This document shows positions 8,380 to 18,141 of a DNA stretch of 40,451 bases, in pieces; position 1 is the stretch's first letter; each line of letters begins with the position of its first letter. Source of the stretch: a virus; the IMG/VR virus record IMGVR_UViG_3300025263_000044, one strand, 5' to 3'. The translations under genes and the position numbers were made by a program. The notes under the pieces were generated by a model. It did not search any database, was not told the DNA's origin, and saw only the letters and a list, made by a program, of their open reading frames with translations.

Positions 8380-9186
8380 ATGGCAGAAATCAAACCGACT
8401 GAATCCCCTGACTGGTACGACCTGTTGGTGCAAGCCGTAAAAGAGCCTGGCCAACTGGCTGCGGCACAAAAGTACTTTCACACCTACAGCTTAGCCAATC
8501 GTTGGCTGGCCGCTACGCAATTGCGTGCATATGGCCTTCCACTGACGCCAATCAACACCTTCAAGGGCTGGCTTAACGCAAAACGTCCAGTGCAAGCCGG
8601 ACAGAAAGCTAGCATCAAGCTGATTATGCCGGTTCCTATTCGTGGCAAGAAGGAGGGCGCAGAAGGTACCGATGAACGGGGAGAGGTTATCTTCACGTAC
8701 TTCGCACTGAAGGCTCACTGGTTCCACATGGGGCAAACTGCCGGCGAGGAATTTACGCCTGAAGATATCACCCGTGGTGACTGGCTCATGACGGCCGCTC
8801 AAGATTTCCTGGAAATCAAAGAGCAACCGTTCGAGTTCAGCAGCGTGTCGGACAAGCGCCTGGGCTGGGCAAAAGGTCGTGAGATTGCGGTCTCGCCACT
8901 TGAAACCCACCAAGCCTTTGGGCGCCTGCGTGAAATGGCTCGTGTGCTTCTGGGTCATACCGACGTTACGCCTAGCAAGGCGGTGCCGATGGAACAGGAG
9001 CTGCGTGACATCGAAGCGGACATCACCGCCTACTTGGCCGCTGCAACCTTGAACTTCTCCGGCATGGAAGAAGCCCGCCTGCGTCTGCAGATGAACCTCG
9101 ATGGCAAGAAGCTGCGTATCCCCGACAAGTGCGCGAACCGTGCTTTCGGCGCGGCGGACAAGCTTATCAATGCCGGTTACTGCTAA
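8380..9186 (+). CDS. ArdC-like antirestriction/ssDNA-binding protein with degenerate zincin domain
   Basis: YSLANRWL..TFKGW...RPVQAGQKA..I..P matches the ArdC N-domain. C-terminal LREMARVLLGH..DIEAD occupies the usual HExxH position. GGAG RBS before ATG at 8380. Confidence 0.7.
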   Translation: MAEIKPTESPDWYDLLVQAVKEPGQLAAAQKYFHTYSLANRWLAATQLRAYGLPLTPINTFKGWLNAKRPVQAGQKASIKLIMPVPIRGKKEGAEGTDERGEVIFTYFALKAHWFHMGQTAGEEFTPEDITRGDWLMTAAQDFLEIKEQPFEFSSVSDKRLGWAKGREIAVSPLETHQAFGRLREMARVLLGHTDVTPSKAVPMEQELRDIEADITAYLAAATLNFSGMEEARLRLQMNLDGKKLRIPDKCANRAFGAADKLINAGYC

Positions 9187-9195
9187 GGAGCCGAC

Positions 9196-9828
9196 ATGGG
9201 TATGCGAAGCATGAACGTTCTGGTTGTGGCGCCAATGCATAAGCCGACCGCAGAAGCCTTGAAGTTTTTGGCAGGCGGCGAGCTACCCGCCCGGGAGGGT
9301 GGTGTTGGCTGGGTTTGGGAGACGAACATCTCCCCGCTCTGGGCACGGCATAGCGTAGAAGACTTGAAGGAAGAGGTGGCCATACTTTCGTGGCTGCTGT
9401 CAATTCCTGCGAGTGACTACTTGCTGGTTCGCGCTGGTGAAGAACTGGGCACATTGGGTACGTTGAAAGACCACCCATTCGATGGCGATGCGCAATTCGA
9501 AAGTGTTGTGAAGAGCTACATCGAAGAGATGTCCGAACTCGAGCGTAAAAATGCAGAAGCGCCTGTCGAGGTTGGAGGCAAGACCTGGTATCGAGGCCAC
9601 CCGCCGCACATCGGCTGGTACCTCGCAAATCCAACTTGCACCGATTTGACTTGGCGCTACTGGACCGGTATTACCTGGAGCACGGCTGGTTTGCGCGGCG
9701 ACACCGTCGAGCAAGCCAACGTTACGGCCAAGGAACCCGAAAACGACAAGGCGATAGCAATGCTGCGTTGGAGCGACTTCTGGCCGGAAGGTCTGCCGCT
9801 TAATCGCAGCTGCCTTCCACCGAAGTAA
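9196..9828 (+). CDS. Hypothetical protein
   Basis: AAGGAG RBS; co-oriented with the ArdC-like gene; PPHIGWY..WRYWTG.WS motif. Confidence 0.7.
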   Translation: MGMRSMNVLVVAPMHKPTAEALKFLAGGELPAREGGVGWVWETNISPLWARHSVEDLKEEVAILSWLLSIPASDYLLVRAGEELGTLGTLKDHPFDGDAQFESVVKSYIEEMSELERKNAEAPVEVGGKTWYRGHPPHIGWYLANPTCTDLTWRYWTGITWSTAGLRGDTVEQANVTAKEPENDKAIAMLRWSDFWPEGLPLNRSCLPPK

Positions 9829-9902
9829 TTCGTCAAAACAAGTTGAAGTTGAACTCTACAACCCGATTCGTTCGGGTTGTTCTTTGAATAGGTGGATGAC
9901 AT

Positions 9903-10121
9903 ATGAGTCTGTTGACTATTTACGCACGTCGCGAGCCGACGACTGATTCGGTGGCGTTGGCGCATGGCTGCGCGAACAAGAAGGACACGGTGTTTTACCG
10001 CGATGCTGAATGTCAGGATGTCATGGCACGCAAGCCATGGTTCCAGTCAGGTCATCCGCGCCGGAACAGCAAGTCCGTCATGCTCAACTGCTGGCGCTGG
10101 AATATCCAGTGGGTGCACTAA
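9903..10121 (+). CDS. Small hypothetical protein
   Basis: 72 aa; GGTGGA RBS. Confidence 0.55.
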   Translation: MSLLTIYARREPTTDSVALAHGCANKKDTVFYRDAECQDVMARKPWFQSGHPRRNSKSVMLNCWRWNIQWVH

Positions 10122-10132
10122 GCGAGGCTGTC

Positions 10133-10375
10133 ATGCAAAAAGAATTTCTAGTTGAAATCCGAGTAAAGGATTGGGTGCACGTTCCTGACGGCGAAAGCCG
10201 CGTAGTCACCTACGAAGAAGTACTTTCGTCTGACGAAGTTTCCGCGCGATTTGCTGGTTTCGACCAGTTCGAACGTCGCAGCAAATACGAGCCCGTCCTG
10301 CGTCGACAGCTGGAATCCCGCAAGCTAAGCCTGCAAGACTGCTGCGCGCCGGACGCCGTAGAAATCAGTGACTAG
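10133..10375 (+). CDS. Small hypothetical protein
   Basis: GAGG RBS before ATG at 10133 (MQKEFLVEIRV...). Confidence 0.6.
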   Translation: MQKEFLVEIRVKDWVHVPDGESRVVTYEEVLSSDEVSARFAGFDQFERRSKYEPVLRRQLESRKLSLQDCCAPDAVEISD

Positions 10376-10444
10376 CCTGGGCACAGCCGCGGCCCAGTCA
10401 AATTAAACAACTGGGCTGCACGCCCATTCCCTAAGGAATCTGAA

Positions 10445-10714
10445 ATGAAAACTTCCGTATACATTGTGCCGGCTATGTCGGACCGTCCTGGGTCATGCCG
10501 CATTGTGGCCAAGAATGCTGAGGTAAAGTCGCCTCGCGCGGACTATCGCAGCAATCCAGGGGCCTGGAAAGAAATTGGCCTTCTGAACGCCCTCGGCCGC
10601 CTGGTCAGCCTCGATGCTGACAGCGTGGACATCGTGGACGAATTGAAGTCGGCTGAGCCTTTGTCGGCTGGCATGTTCTTTAAGGTAGATGACGTCCAGG
10701 TCGCTACCTGCTGA
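10445..10714 (+). CDS. Small hypothetical protein
   Basis: AAGGA RBS; followed by a terminator. Confidence 0.65.
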   Translation: MKTSVYIVPAMSDRPGSCRIVAKNAEVKSPRADYRSNPGAWKEIGLLNALGRLVSLDADSVDIVDELKSAEPLSAGMFFKVDDVQVATC

Positions 10715-10729
10715 CGTCGAAGTATCTCC

Positions 10730-10756
10730 AAGGCCGTCGCATGACGGCCTTTTCTT
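10730..10756 (+). terminator. Rho-independent terminator
   Basis: AAGGCCGTC-GCAT-GACGGCCTT followed by TTCTT. Confidence 0.75.
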
Positions 10757-10951
10757 ATTGCGTTTTAAGATTCACAGACAGATTTTTCACTTGCGGATAA
10801 ATAATTGAAATTTTTTATTGCAGAAACGCGTTAACCTCATTGGAGTTTTCAGCCAACTGCTTTTCATTCATAGCAAATGTAGCTTTTTTCGACCAACTAC
10901 TCGCCTATACAAAGTTAGGACAGAGTTGTCTGATTAAGGAAAAGGTAACAT

Positions 10952-11473
10952 ATGAGTAACATGAAAACCGCGAGTTTGGCGGAGTTTGATAGGCTATCTA
11001 CAATGCTGTTGGACTTAGCGAAAGTTGAGTACCAGTCCAGCGTTGAACTGCCTACCAAACTAGTCGCAATGGGGTATGACCCTAATGCGCCGGTACAGCC
11101 AGGCTATCGCTTTAGTCTAATCCCGGTAGCAGAGATGATGTCGGCAGCTCCAGGCGTACCTGAAGAAGTCGTACTCGCAACGCTAATCGAGAAATTGGCT
11201 AATGACCCGGAGGTACTTGTGGTTGGCTTCGTAGCTGAGGCCTGGCGCGTACAGTACAGCCCAGCAGTGCGTAAACAGCTTGGCAACCGGTTGACCCCAG
11301 AAACGGCGTCCAATCGACAGGAGGTTCTTTTATTAAACCTGCGGTCGGCTGATTGTGTGGCATTAAAAACCTGCCCGTTAGTACGGGAAGGCACGACAAC
11401 GTTAATTGGGGAAGGAGAGCTTGTCTTTAATCCTCGCGCGCATAGTGCGGGAATTGAACGGCATACTCACTGA
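10952..11473 (+). CDS. Hypothetical protein
   Basis: AAGG RBS; VGFVAEAW..RQEVL motif; AT-richer codons. Confidence 0.65.
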   Translation: MSNMKTASLAEFDRLSTMLLDLAKVEYQSSVELPTKLVAMGYDPNAPVQPGYRFSLIPVAEMMSAAPGVPEEVVLATLIEKLANDPEVLVVGFVAEAWRVQYSPAVRKQLGNRLTPETASNRQEVLLLNLRSADCVALKTCPLVREGTTTLIGEGELVFNPRAHSAGIERHTH

Positions 11474-11505
11474 CCCTGGAGGAATATTCAAAAAGTACGA
11501 ATCTC

Positions 11506-11574
11506 AAAAAAGCCACTATTGCAGTGGCTTTTTCGTTTCTTTTTATAGAAAAAGCCGACCCGGAGGTCGACTTT
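11506..11574. terminator. Paired bidirectional terminators between convergent genes
   Basis: AAAAAAGCCACT-ATTGC-AGTGGCTTTTT and AAAAGCCGACC-CGGA-GGTCGACTTTT. Confidence 0.75.
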
Positions 11575-11587
11575 TGAGATGCTTACG

Positions 11588-12181
11588 TTAAATGCCCAAT
11601 AGGACATCACGCTCACGAATTACATACTCGGCATAACCGGAAGCGTTCCCTGAATATTTGACCAGTGCTGGAGCCAGCTCGCCTTTCTCCTTGATGTACT
11701 CTTGGAGAATTTGCGCGCCAACGCGAACATTTACCTTCGGGTCGAATAAGGATTCCTTCTCCTTCACTTTTTCAGGATGATGTCGGCGAACCACCTGCAT
11801 CAGTCCCTGAGCGCCGTAACCACTTTCTGCTTTTGGTTTCAGGCTGCTCTCCTTTGTCATAATCGACAAGATGAGCTCAGGTTGAACTTCTGGACGCTTT
11901 TCCGACTCACGCCAGGCCAGGTTCACGTACTTGCGAACCACATCCTTCTGTTGCTTGTATTTCGCAGCCAGGTAATGGGTGATGGCCTGCTTCCGCAGCT
12001 CTACCGACTTCTGTTGACGCGGGGCTTTGATGACTCCGGTTACTGCATGCTGGGTTGGCATCGGCGCCGGCTCCGGCTGCAGTATGGTGACAAAAGTCCA
12101 AAGTAAGGCAGCTGCCAGGACCAAGCCCGAGATAGCGAAAATTACCTGATTGCGGACACAACGTTTGACTAAAAATTCCAT
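11588..12181 (-). CDS. Lytic transglycosylase (SLT domain) with N-terminal membrane anchor
   Basis: LILSIMTKESS..GAQGLMQV..LFDPKVNVRVGAQIL..Y..LVKYSG; AGGAGG RBS. Confidence 0.9.
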   Translation of the reverse strand: MEFLVKRCVRNQVIFAISGLVLAAALLWTFVTILQPEPAPMPTQHAVTGVIKAPRQQKSVELRKQAITHYLAAKYKQQKDVVRKYVNLAWRESEKRPEVQPELILSIMTKESSLKPKAESGYGAQGLMQVVRRHHPEKVKEKESLFDPKVNVRVGAQILQEYIKEKGELAPALVKYSGNASGYAEYVIRERDVLLGI

Positions 12182-12296
12182 GATTATTTCCTCCTACCTG
12201 CGTATAGCTGAACGCGATGCAATCACAGAATATTGTTGGCATATTTGGTCTTTTCAGGTATAATTGCAAAATACAATAAACCGCACGGAGTGCTCG

Positions 12297-12800
12297 ATGG
12301 CCAAGAAGATTGAACAAGGTAAGACTTACCTCTTTACCAAGTCAGGTAACAAAGTCCGAGTTATCGAGCCAGCCGCACCTTATCTTGGCCAAGCTATGTG
12401 GGAAGTTGAGCGTGTGGATGGTGCCAGCGCAGGCAAACGAATGGATGTCCCGGCAAGCGCCTTGAAGGTGCTGCCTGAGAAACACACCGTTGCGGTGCAT
12501 ACGTCCTTGGGTAAAGCCACGTTGGAGTTGGAGCGCGAGGGGCGCACGTTCAACGTGGTTGACTTCCGTGTGGAAGCTTCGCCAGAGCAGGGCCTTGTTC
12601 TCGCCTTTGAGCCACGAATGGCCGGGTTTAAAAATCTGGATGCGGATTCGGACATCGCTCAGTGCTTCGACTTGTCGACGAAGGTCAGTTACGGCAAGGT
12701 GGTGCTGGGCAGCAGCGAAATGCGAGCTAGCTCCATTGAAGAGCTCCAGCAGGTGCTGAAGCTGGCCCGCATGCATGCACTGAATCACGAGTCGGTTTGA
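12297..12800 (+). CDS. Hypothetical protein
   Basis: GGAG RBS before ATG at 12297; TATAAT upstream. Confidence 0.6.
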   Translation: MAKKIEQGKTYLFTKSGNKVRVIEPAAPYLGQAMWEVERVDGASAGKRMDVPASALKVLPEKHTVAVHTSLGKATLELEREGRTFNVVDFRVEASPEQGLVLAFEPRMAGFKNLDADSDIAQCFDLSTKVSYGKVVLGSSEMRASSIEELQQVLKLARMHALNHESV

Positions 12801-13291
12801 TTGGGTCTGATGTGACTACCGTATATGGAACTTGCACAATCTGCGGCAAACCTGTTGTTGCAGGGCAGCCGCGGTACACGGTCACAGAAAACCACTACGA
12901 CTGTGAATATCCGAATGGCTATGTCTCTCCCCTGGATGAGGTCAAGCAAGCGGAGAAAAAGATGCTCGAGGCGACAGGTAAAAAGCCTCGGGCAACGCCG
13001 TGCCGGCCCGGTGACGGCCCAGTTGCAAAGCGCGTGGCTGCGCGGCTGGCAACGCTGTTCAAAGACGAATATGACTGGGACATCGACCCGGCCTCAATGA
13101 GCTTTTGGGTTCAAGCGCCCGCACATCGGGGTCCGCGGTTCGACCTGGCTGTGTGGGGTTGTTCATTTCCGCATCCTGAGCTCCCTAAGCTGAAGGTGAG
13201 CGCGCATAGCTGGGACTCGATGACCCGGCTGTTAAAGCGCGAGAAGCTTGCGCTCATGCCAGATGGGGCCTGGTCATTTGATGTTGGCTAA
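12797..13291 (+). CDS. Hypothetical protein with N-terminal CxxC..HxxC zinc-finger-like motif
   Basis: CTICGKP..HYDC; overlaps the previous stop codon by 4 bp. Confidence 0.55.
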   Translation: MIGSDVTTVYGTCTICGKPVVAGQPRYTVTENHYDCEYPNGYVSPLDEVKQAEKKMLEATGKKPRATPCRPGDGPVAKRVAARLATLFKDEYDWDIDPASMSFWVQAPAHRGPRFDLAVWGCSFPHPELPKLKVSAHSWDSMTRLLKREKLALMPDGAWSFDVG

Positions 13292-13355
13292 CTAAGGTCC
13301 GTAACTACCAAAGTCAACGCGATACCGACAACTGAGAAACGAAAGAGAGAAGAAG

Positions 13356-14363
13356 ATGGGTGGAAATGCACTGAGCGTCCCGTCGACGCGCCTGGACAAA
13401 AAAAGCTACGAGCTGGTTTCGGCACAATGCGTCGCTCAGCTGCGAGCGGCCATGCCGAACAGCCGCATCGCAGTAATCGAGGCTTACGGCGCCAAGGAAA
13501 GCTTCGGCGACTGTGATATCCTGGTTGCGACTCCAAACTATGACCCGTATGCGGCCGCTGCTGCCTTGGGTGGTGTTGAGGTTGTCCGAAACGGGCCAAC
13601 GACCTCGGTTGGCATCGTAGTTCCAGAAGGTATGGGAACAGGCCTGTTCCAGGTCGACCTTATCTACAGCGACGCCGCCTCCTTTGACTACGCCCTGGCA
13701 TACTATGCTTATAATGACCTCGGCAATCTCATCGGCCGCACCGCTCACCGTGCCGGCCTGAAGCATGGCCATGAGCAGCTCACGTACCCAATCCGGAATA
13801 ACGACCGGAAAGCGCGCGACATCTGTTTGACGAAGGATTACAACGAGGCGCTTCGCTTCCTGGGTTATGACCCAGACCGATTTAATCAGGGCTTCAACAC
13901 CCTGGAAGAAATCTTCGAGTACGTGACAAGTTCCGCGTACTTCAACCGGGAAATCTTCCTACTGGAAAACCGCAACTACAAGTCGCGTGTACGTGACCGT
14001 GACCGCTACACCTACACCGAGTTCCTCAAGTACTGTGAGGCCCGACCAGACTTGCCTGCCTATCAGTACCCTGAGGATAAGGCCGAGTGGCGCCCACGCA
14101 TCGCCGAGCACTTCCCTGCGTTTGAAGGCGCGTATGCGGCCGCGATGGCGGACATCGCAGGGTTTGAGCAGGCCCGGAAGCGATTCAATGGCGAATGGGT
14201 AACCCAAGTCACTGGTCTGCAAGGGAAAGAGCTGGGCATTCTGATGAGTCGCTTCAATGACTCCTTTGACTCGGCAGCCGCAAAGCAGGCGTATCTCCTG
14301 GTGGCTAGCCAGGAAGACCTCGAGCAGCGTGTGAAGGCGCTCCACGTCGCGCTGATGGCTTGA
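13356..14363 (+). CDS. Pol-beta-superfamily nucleotidyltransferase (phage type)
   Basis: MGGNA start, KESFGDCDILV (G-DxD), FQVDLI, YNDLGNLIG. Confidence 0.7.
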   Translation: MGGNALSVPSTRLDKKSYELVSAQCVAQLRAAMPNSRIAVIEAYGAKESFGDCDILVATPNYDPYAAAAALGGVEVVRNGPTTSVGIVVPEGMGTGLFQVDLIYSDAASFDYALAYYAYNDLGNLIGRTAHRAGLKHGHEQLTYPIRNNDRKARDICLTKDYNEALRFLGYDPDRFNQGFNTLEEIFEYVTSSAYFNREIFLLENRNYKSRVRDRDRYTYTEFLKYCEARPDLPAYQYPEDKAEWRPRIAEHFPAFEGAYAAAMADIAGFEQARKRFNGEWVTQVTGLQGKELGILMSRFNDSFDSAAAKQAYLLVASQEDLEQRVKALHVALMA

Positions 14364-14430
14364 CTTCTGGCGCTTGGCGGCCACAGCGCACGGCCAAGCG
14401 TACAATACGCAGCCAACTACTGGAGGTGTT

Positions 14431-15321
14431 GTGAGTGACTCGTTAATAGTTCGCGTAAACGACGAGCTGGTGCTCGAAGCTGGAACTGTAGCCTTTGCCG
14501 GGGAGGGCGCCACGCGCGAGCGCATCATCAGCCCACCGACCGTGACAATGTTCGAGCAGCTGCTGGCCTACCTGGATACCAAAACGCTGTCTGCGCCGGC
14601 TCCAGTTCCAAGGGGTAACCAAGAGGGAGTCGTGGCGGCCGCATTGTGTCTACGATGGGGCAGCTACTTTGCAGTTCTGGCTGACCAGTCAAAACCACTG
14701 TGGCGCCCTGCCAGAAAGGCTGCGCTTGAGGGCATATCGCGTATTAGTGACGCGGAGATGGCACGCATCAATATTGAAGCGTCTGCCGCAATTGCGGCAC
14801 TGGTGGACATCTTCCGATTGGACAGGCACCGCTTTGACGAACTTGTCGCCAAGACGCTGGCCTGGATTCCTTTGCCGCAGAAGAAGGTCTCCGCCGAAAA
14901 ACAGACCTTCTTCTTTGCGTTGTCATTGCCGGAGGCGCGCCAAATGCTGTCAGCACAGGAGATGGCCGCTCCTCTCGATGCGAACCTTGCCGAGCACACC
15001 AGTCGATTGTTTGGCAATGCGCTTGTGAACTTTGCATGGCGTAATGGGCCTGTTGAAGACATTCATGCGGGTGAAGTTCCTTTGGACCTCCCGTTGAACC
15101 TTTGCAGGATTTCTTCTGGCGAGGTTCGCGACCTGGTGCGAAATAGTGCCGCTCGCTTCCAGGTAGGATTCAACGCCTGCTGGCAATTCTGCGGCGAGCC
15201 GCCAGAGACCGAATGGTCGGCGCAGGTTTGGCCATACACACAAGCCGCAATGTTTTCAATCACGCCAAGCGATTGGTCGCTTACTGAGACTAGCCGGGAG
15301 ATTCGGGAGACAGTCACCTAA
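14431..15321 (+). CDS. Hypothetical protein
   Basis: GGAGG RBS before GTG at 14431; AWRNGPVEDIHAG motif. Confidence 0.65.
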   Translation: MSDSLIVRVNDELVLEAGTVAFAGEGATRERIISPPTVTMFEQLLAYLDTKTLSAPAPVPRGNQEGVVAAALCLRWGSYFAVLADQSKPLWRPARKAALEGISRISDAEMARINIEASAAIAALVDIFRLDRHRFDELVAKTLAWIPLPQKKVSAEKQTFFFALSLPEARQMLSAQEMAAPLDANLAEHTSRLFGNALVNFAWRNGPVEDIHAGEVPLDLPLNLCRISSGEVRDLVRNSAARFQVGFNACWQFCGEPPETEWSAQVWPYTQAAMFSITPSDWSLTETSREIRETVT

Positions 15322-15442
15322 TACCTATCGAAGCCCGTCTAATTGCGGACGGCTCTTTTGGTGCCTACCTGCTCTGGTAGATGTTTTGGCCTATACGCCT
15401 CAGTAGGACAAACCATTTTAGGCACAATACAAAGGAGCAAAC

Positions 15443-16579
15443 ATGACCACTTACACGATTAAAAAAGACGGCGAAACCCTGGGCGAAAAGCAGGATTTGG
15501 TCGGTGCAATTGCACTTGCCGATGAGCTGCTGGACCAGGTGCCCGCCGGCACCCTTGCCACGTTAGTCATCGAGAAAGATGAGTACCACGTCCTAGCGGT
15601 AACGAATCGGCGCATCATCGGGTTGCTTACCAAGCAACAATGGGAAGGACATCGTGGCGATGAAGCTGTTCCTATCGGCAGGGTGGAATTCGATGCAACC
15701 GACGCGGTGCTGCTGATGAATTATCAGCAGTTGATTGAGCTGCAGGATGATGACGATAAAACGGATGAGCTTGGCCTGGCGCATGTTGAATGGGCGGGCC
15801 CTTGCATTGTCAGAGTCGTCAGCTCAATCTGCGCATATTTCGGTATCGAGGACCTCCGCGACTTGCCGGAATCAGCACTGAAATTCGCTCGCGAGCGCGT
15901 CAACCCAGTCCCTCCGACTGAAGAAGTCGTTACGCTGACCATCAAGGTTCGCGCACGTGTAGCACCTGGCGCCGATATGAACGATTTCGTCAACGAGTTG
16001 AGCTACATCGTAAAATCCAATACGGAAGGCGTTATTGTTCGCAGCACGGAAGTCGTCGGCAACCAGGATGAGGTTGACGGCCTCGTTACACGGGTCAAAG
16101 CTTCGATGGGCGATTCGCCGGCCAAGGCTGCTTTCGAGTTGGATTCGATTGCACTGCTGCGGCCTGCCACCGCCCGCCTGACCGAGCTGAAGGCGAATCC
16201 AGCCAGCGCGCAGTTGCTCACCGAGCGTGACGACTTCGCAAAGCTACTGGCAGATGCTAACGTCGTTCTAACCCGGTACGACCGAGCAATTGCGGGTGAG
16301 CCGCAAGGCTATATCAGTATCGGCACCGCTTTGCCACTCATTGGCGAAGTAATGATGCAGGACGTCGTCGGCGAATACGATTCGGTCGAAGAAGTTCCTG
16401 AATGGGCGTGGGTTGAGGCTGTTTCCAGTTACGCGCACACCAAAAACGGGACTGAAGGTGGTCCATGGGAGTTCATCGTGAATCTCTCCATGACCCTCAC
16501 CGATATCCCTGAAAGACTGGTGCCAGTGTTCATGGAGGCTCGTGATAAGGGCCTGTCATACCTGGTGTTCAATCAGTAA
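15443..16579 (+). CDS. Hypothetical acidic protein
   Basis: 378 aa; AAGGAG RBS. Confidence 0.75.
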   Translation: MTTYTIKKDGETLGEKQDLVGAIALADELLDQVPAGTLATLVIEKDEYHVLAVTNRRIIGLLTKQQWEGHRGDEAVPIGRVEFDATDAVLLMNYQQLIELQDDDDKTDELGLAHVEWAGPCIVRVVSSICAYFGIEDLRDLPESALKFARERVNPVPPTEEVVTLTIKVRARVAPGADMNDFVNELSYIVKSNTEGVIVRSTEVVGNQDEVDGLVTRVKASMGDSPAKAAFELDSIALLRPATARLTELKANPASAQLLTERDDFAKLLADANVVLTRYDRAIAGEPQGYISIGTALPLIGEVMMQDVVGEYDSVEEVPEWAWVEAVSSYAHTKNGTEGGPWEFIVNLSMTLTDIPERLVPVFMEARDKGLSYLVFNQ

Positions 16580-16584
16580 AACTC

Positions 16585-16617
16585 AAACCCCGGTAGCTTA
16601 AGAGCTCCGGGGTTTTC
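16585..16617. terminator. Bidirectional terminator
   Basis: AAACCCCGG..AGCT-TAAG-AGCT..CCGGGGTTTT between convergent genes. Confidence 0.7.
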
Positions 16618-16630
16618 TTGAATGGTAGGC

Positions 16631-17680
16631 TTAGCGGTCCATACTGCTGGACGTGCGCGGCGCGGCCGGCGCCGGTGCTTTGCTTTCCACCGATTTCTGC
16701 GCGCCAGCTTCTGCGCTAGCAAACTTCGCTGAGACAGCCGAGCTCACTTTCGCCACATCCTGGAGCGTCGCCTTCGAGCCATCCAGTTTTACCAGCTCCG
16801 AAACGATAGCATGGGCTTTGGCGCTCATAGCTGGATTAGGATGGCTCACGCCTTCGACCAGGGCCTTGCCGAACCGGCCGATACGCTCTTGCTCAGCAGA
16901 CATGGGCTGCTTAGCTACTGCTTCCATCACCTGGGCCAGCGGCTTATGTCCGTGCTCTTGCTGAAGCTTGGCGCCGAAGTCACGCTGGGCAATTTCCTTC
17001 AGGACCGAAAGGGCGTTCTGTGCGGGGCCCGGTTGCGCGCTGAGCATGTGGAGGCTTCGGATGGTCGGGTTGCGCTGCTCCTGCATCAGGAAAGACTTCA
17101 CCTGCGCCTCATTGCTCGGGCCTACCTTGTTCATCTGCATCACGACCGCACGCCGGATGGCGATATCCGGCCGGCCGCGGTAGACGAAAAGGTCCTGTGG
17201 TCGGTTAGGGGCGCCATCTTGTGTCCGGGTGGGGACGTTCGATTCGTACAAGTTGCGCTTGATGAAGGTCTCGAGCTTCTCTTCAGCGCGGCCGCGGTCA
17301 CGGCTATTACCCGCATCAGCCATCGCACGCACATAGGGCTCCAGTGCTTTCTCGGCTTCTTTGACGCTCATGGACGGGGCCTTCTTTCCATCGAGAGCTT
17401 GCTCGAGGCCGAAGTCCTGGTAAAAGCGGGTCTGCTCCCGGTCGACCTTGTAAGAGCCGATGAAAGCCATCTTCTCGCTCCAGTTGTGCGTATAGCTGGC
17501 GGCTACCTGGGGCAGCAGCGAACCATGCATAGTATCGGAGGAGTAACTTCCTGAAGTCTGGTCTGGCCGGCGAGTGCCGCGGTAAAGGGTTGCGTCCTGG
17601 AGCAATGGCTTTCCCGCTTTCAGGTTATCCTCAAGCAGCGACATCAAATCTTTCGGGGTTTCGTTGTTTTTAGCTTGCAT
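16631..17680 (-). CDS. Hypothetical protein, possible ADP-ribosyltransferase-like N-domain
   Basis: 349 aa; TLYRG..HGSLLPQVAASY..LYES pattern; low-complexity C-terminal tail. Confidence 0.6.
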   Translation of the reverse strand: MQAKNNETPKDLMSLLEDNLKAGKPLLQDATLYRGTRRPDQTSGSYSSDTMHGSLLPQVAASYTHNWSEKMAFIGSYKVDREQTRFYQDFGLEQALDGKKAPSMSVKEAEKALEPYVRAMADAGNSRDRGRAEEKLETFIKRNLYESNVPTRTQDGAPNRPQDLFVYRGRPDIAIRRAVVMQMNKVGPSNEAQVKSFLMQEQRNPTIRSLHMLSAQPGPAQNALSVLKEIAQRDFGAKLQQEHGHKPLAQVMEAVAKQPMSAEQERIGRFGKALVEGVSHPNPAMSAKAHAIVSELVKLDGSKATLQDVAKVSSAVSAKFASAEAGAQKSVESKAPAPAAPRTSSSMDR

Positions 17681-17745
17681 AGGGGCAACTATTTGACAAA
17701 TTTATGGTATAATCAGTATAGGGTTCTAACACCTTGGAGTTAACT

Positions 17746-18141
17746 ATGACAACCTCAATTTTTCAATCACTTGGCCTCGATGTTCTGTCGGTCACGGGTG
17801 GCGTTTACCATCTGCGACGCAGCGCGGCACACACCAACGCCGGCACTGAAGTCGTAGGCCTGCTGCTGTCCGACGACCTGCCGCTCACCAAAAAGACGCG
17901 CAGCGTTAAGCTGTTTTTGCAGGACGTTGTTGACAATGTTCCGGCGGCGCGCATCGTCTCACACTGGCAGACGCTGGACGCTCGCCGATTCGAAGAGTCC
18001 GGACTGGAGCCTCTCGTGCTGGACCTGGTCGAGGCACAAATCCCCGAGCACCCCACTGAACAAAACTACACCCGTCCCGACAGCGCACGCCAGCGGCATG
18101 CCGTCCGGCTGGTGAATGGAGAGGTGGTTTGCTACAACTGA
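17746..18141 (+). CDS. Hypothetical protein
   Basis: GGAG RBS; TGGTATAAT -10 upstream; overlaps the start of the ARH gene. Confidence 0.6.
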   Translation: MTTSIFQSLGLDVLSVTGGVYHLRRSAAHTNAGTEVVGLLLSDDLPLTKKTRSVKLFLQDVVDNVPAARIVSHWQTLDARRFEESGLEPLVLDLVEAQIPEHPTEQNYTRPDSARQRHAVRLVNGEVVCYN

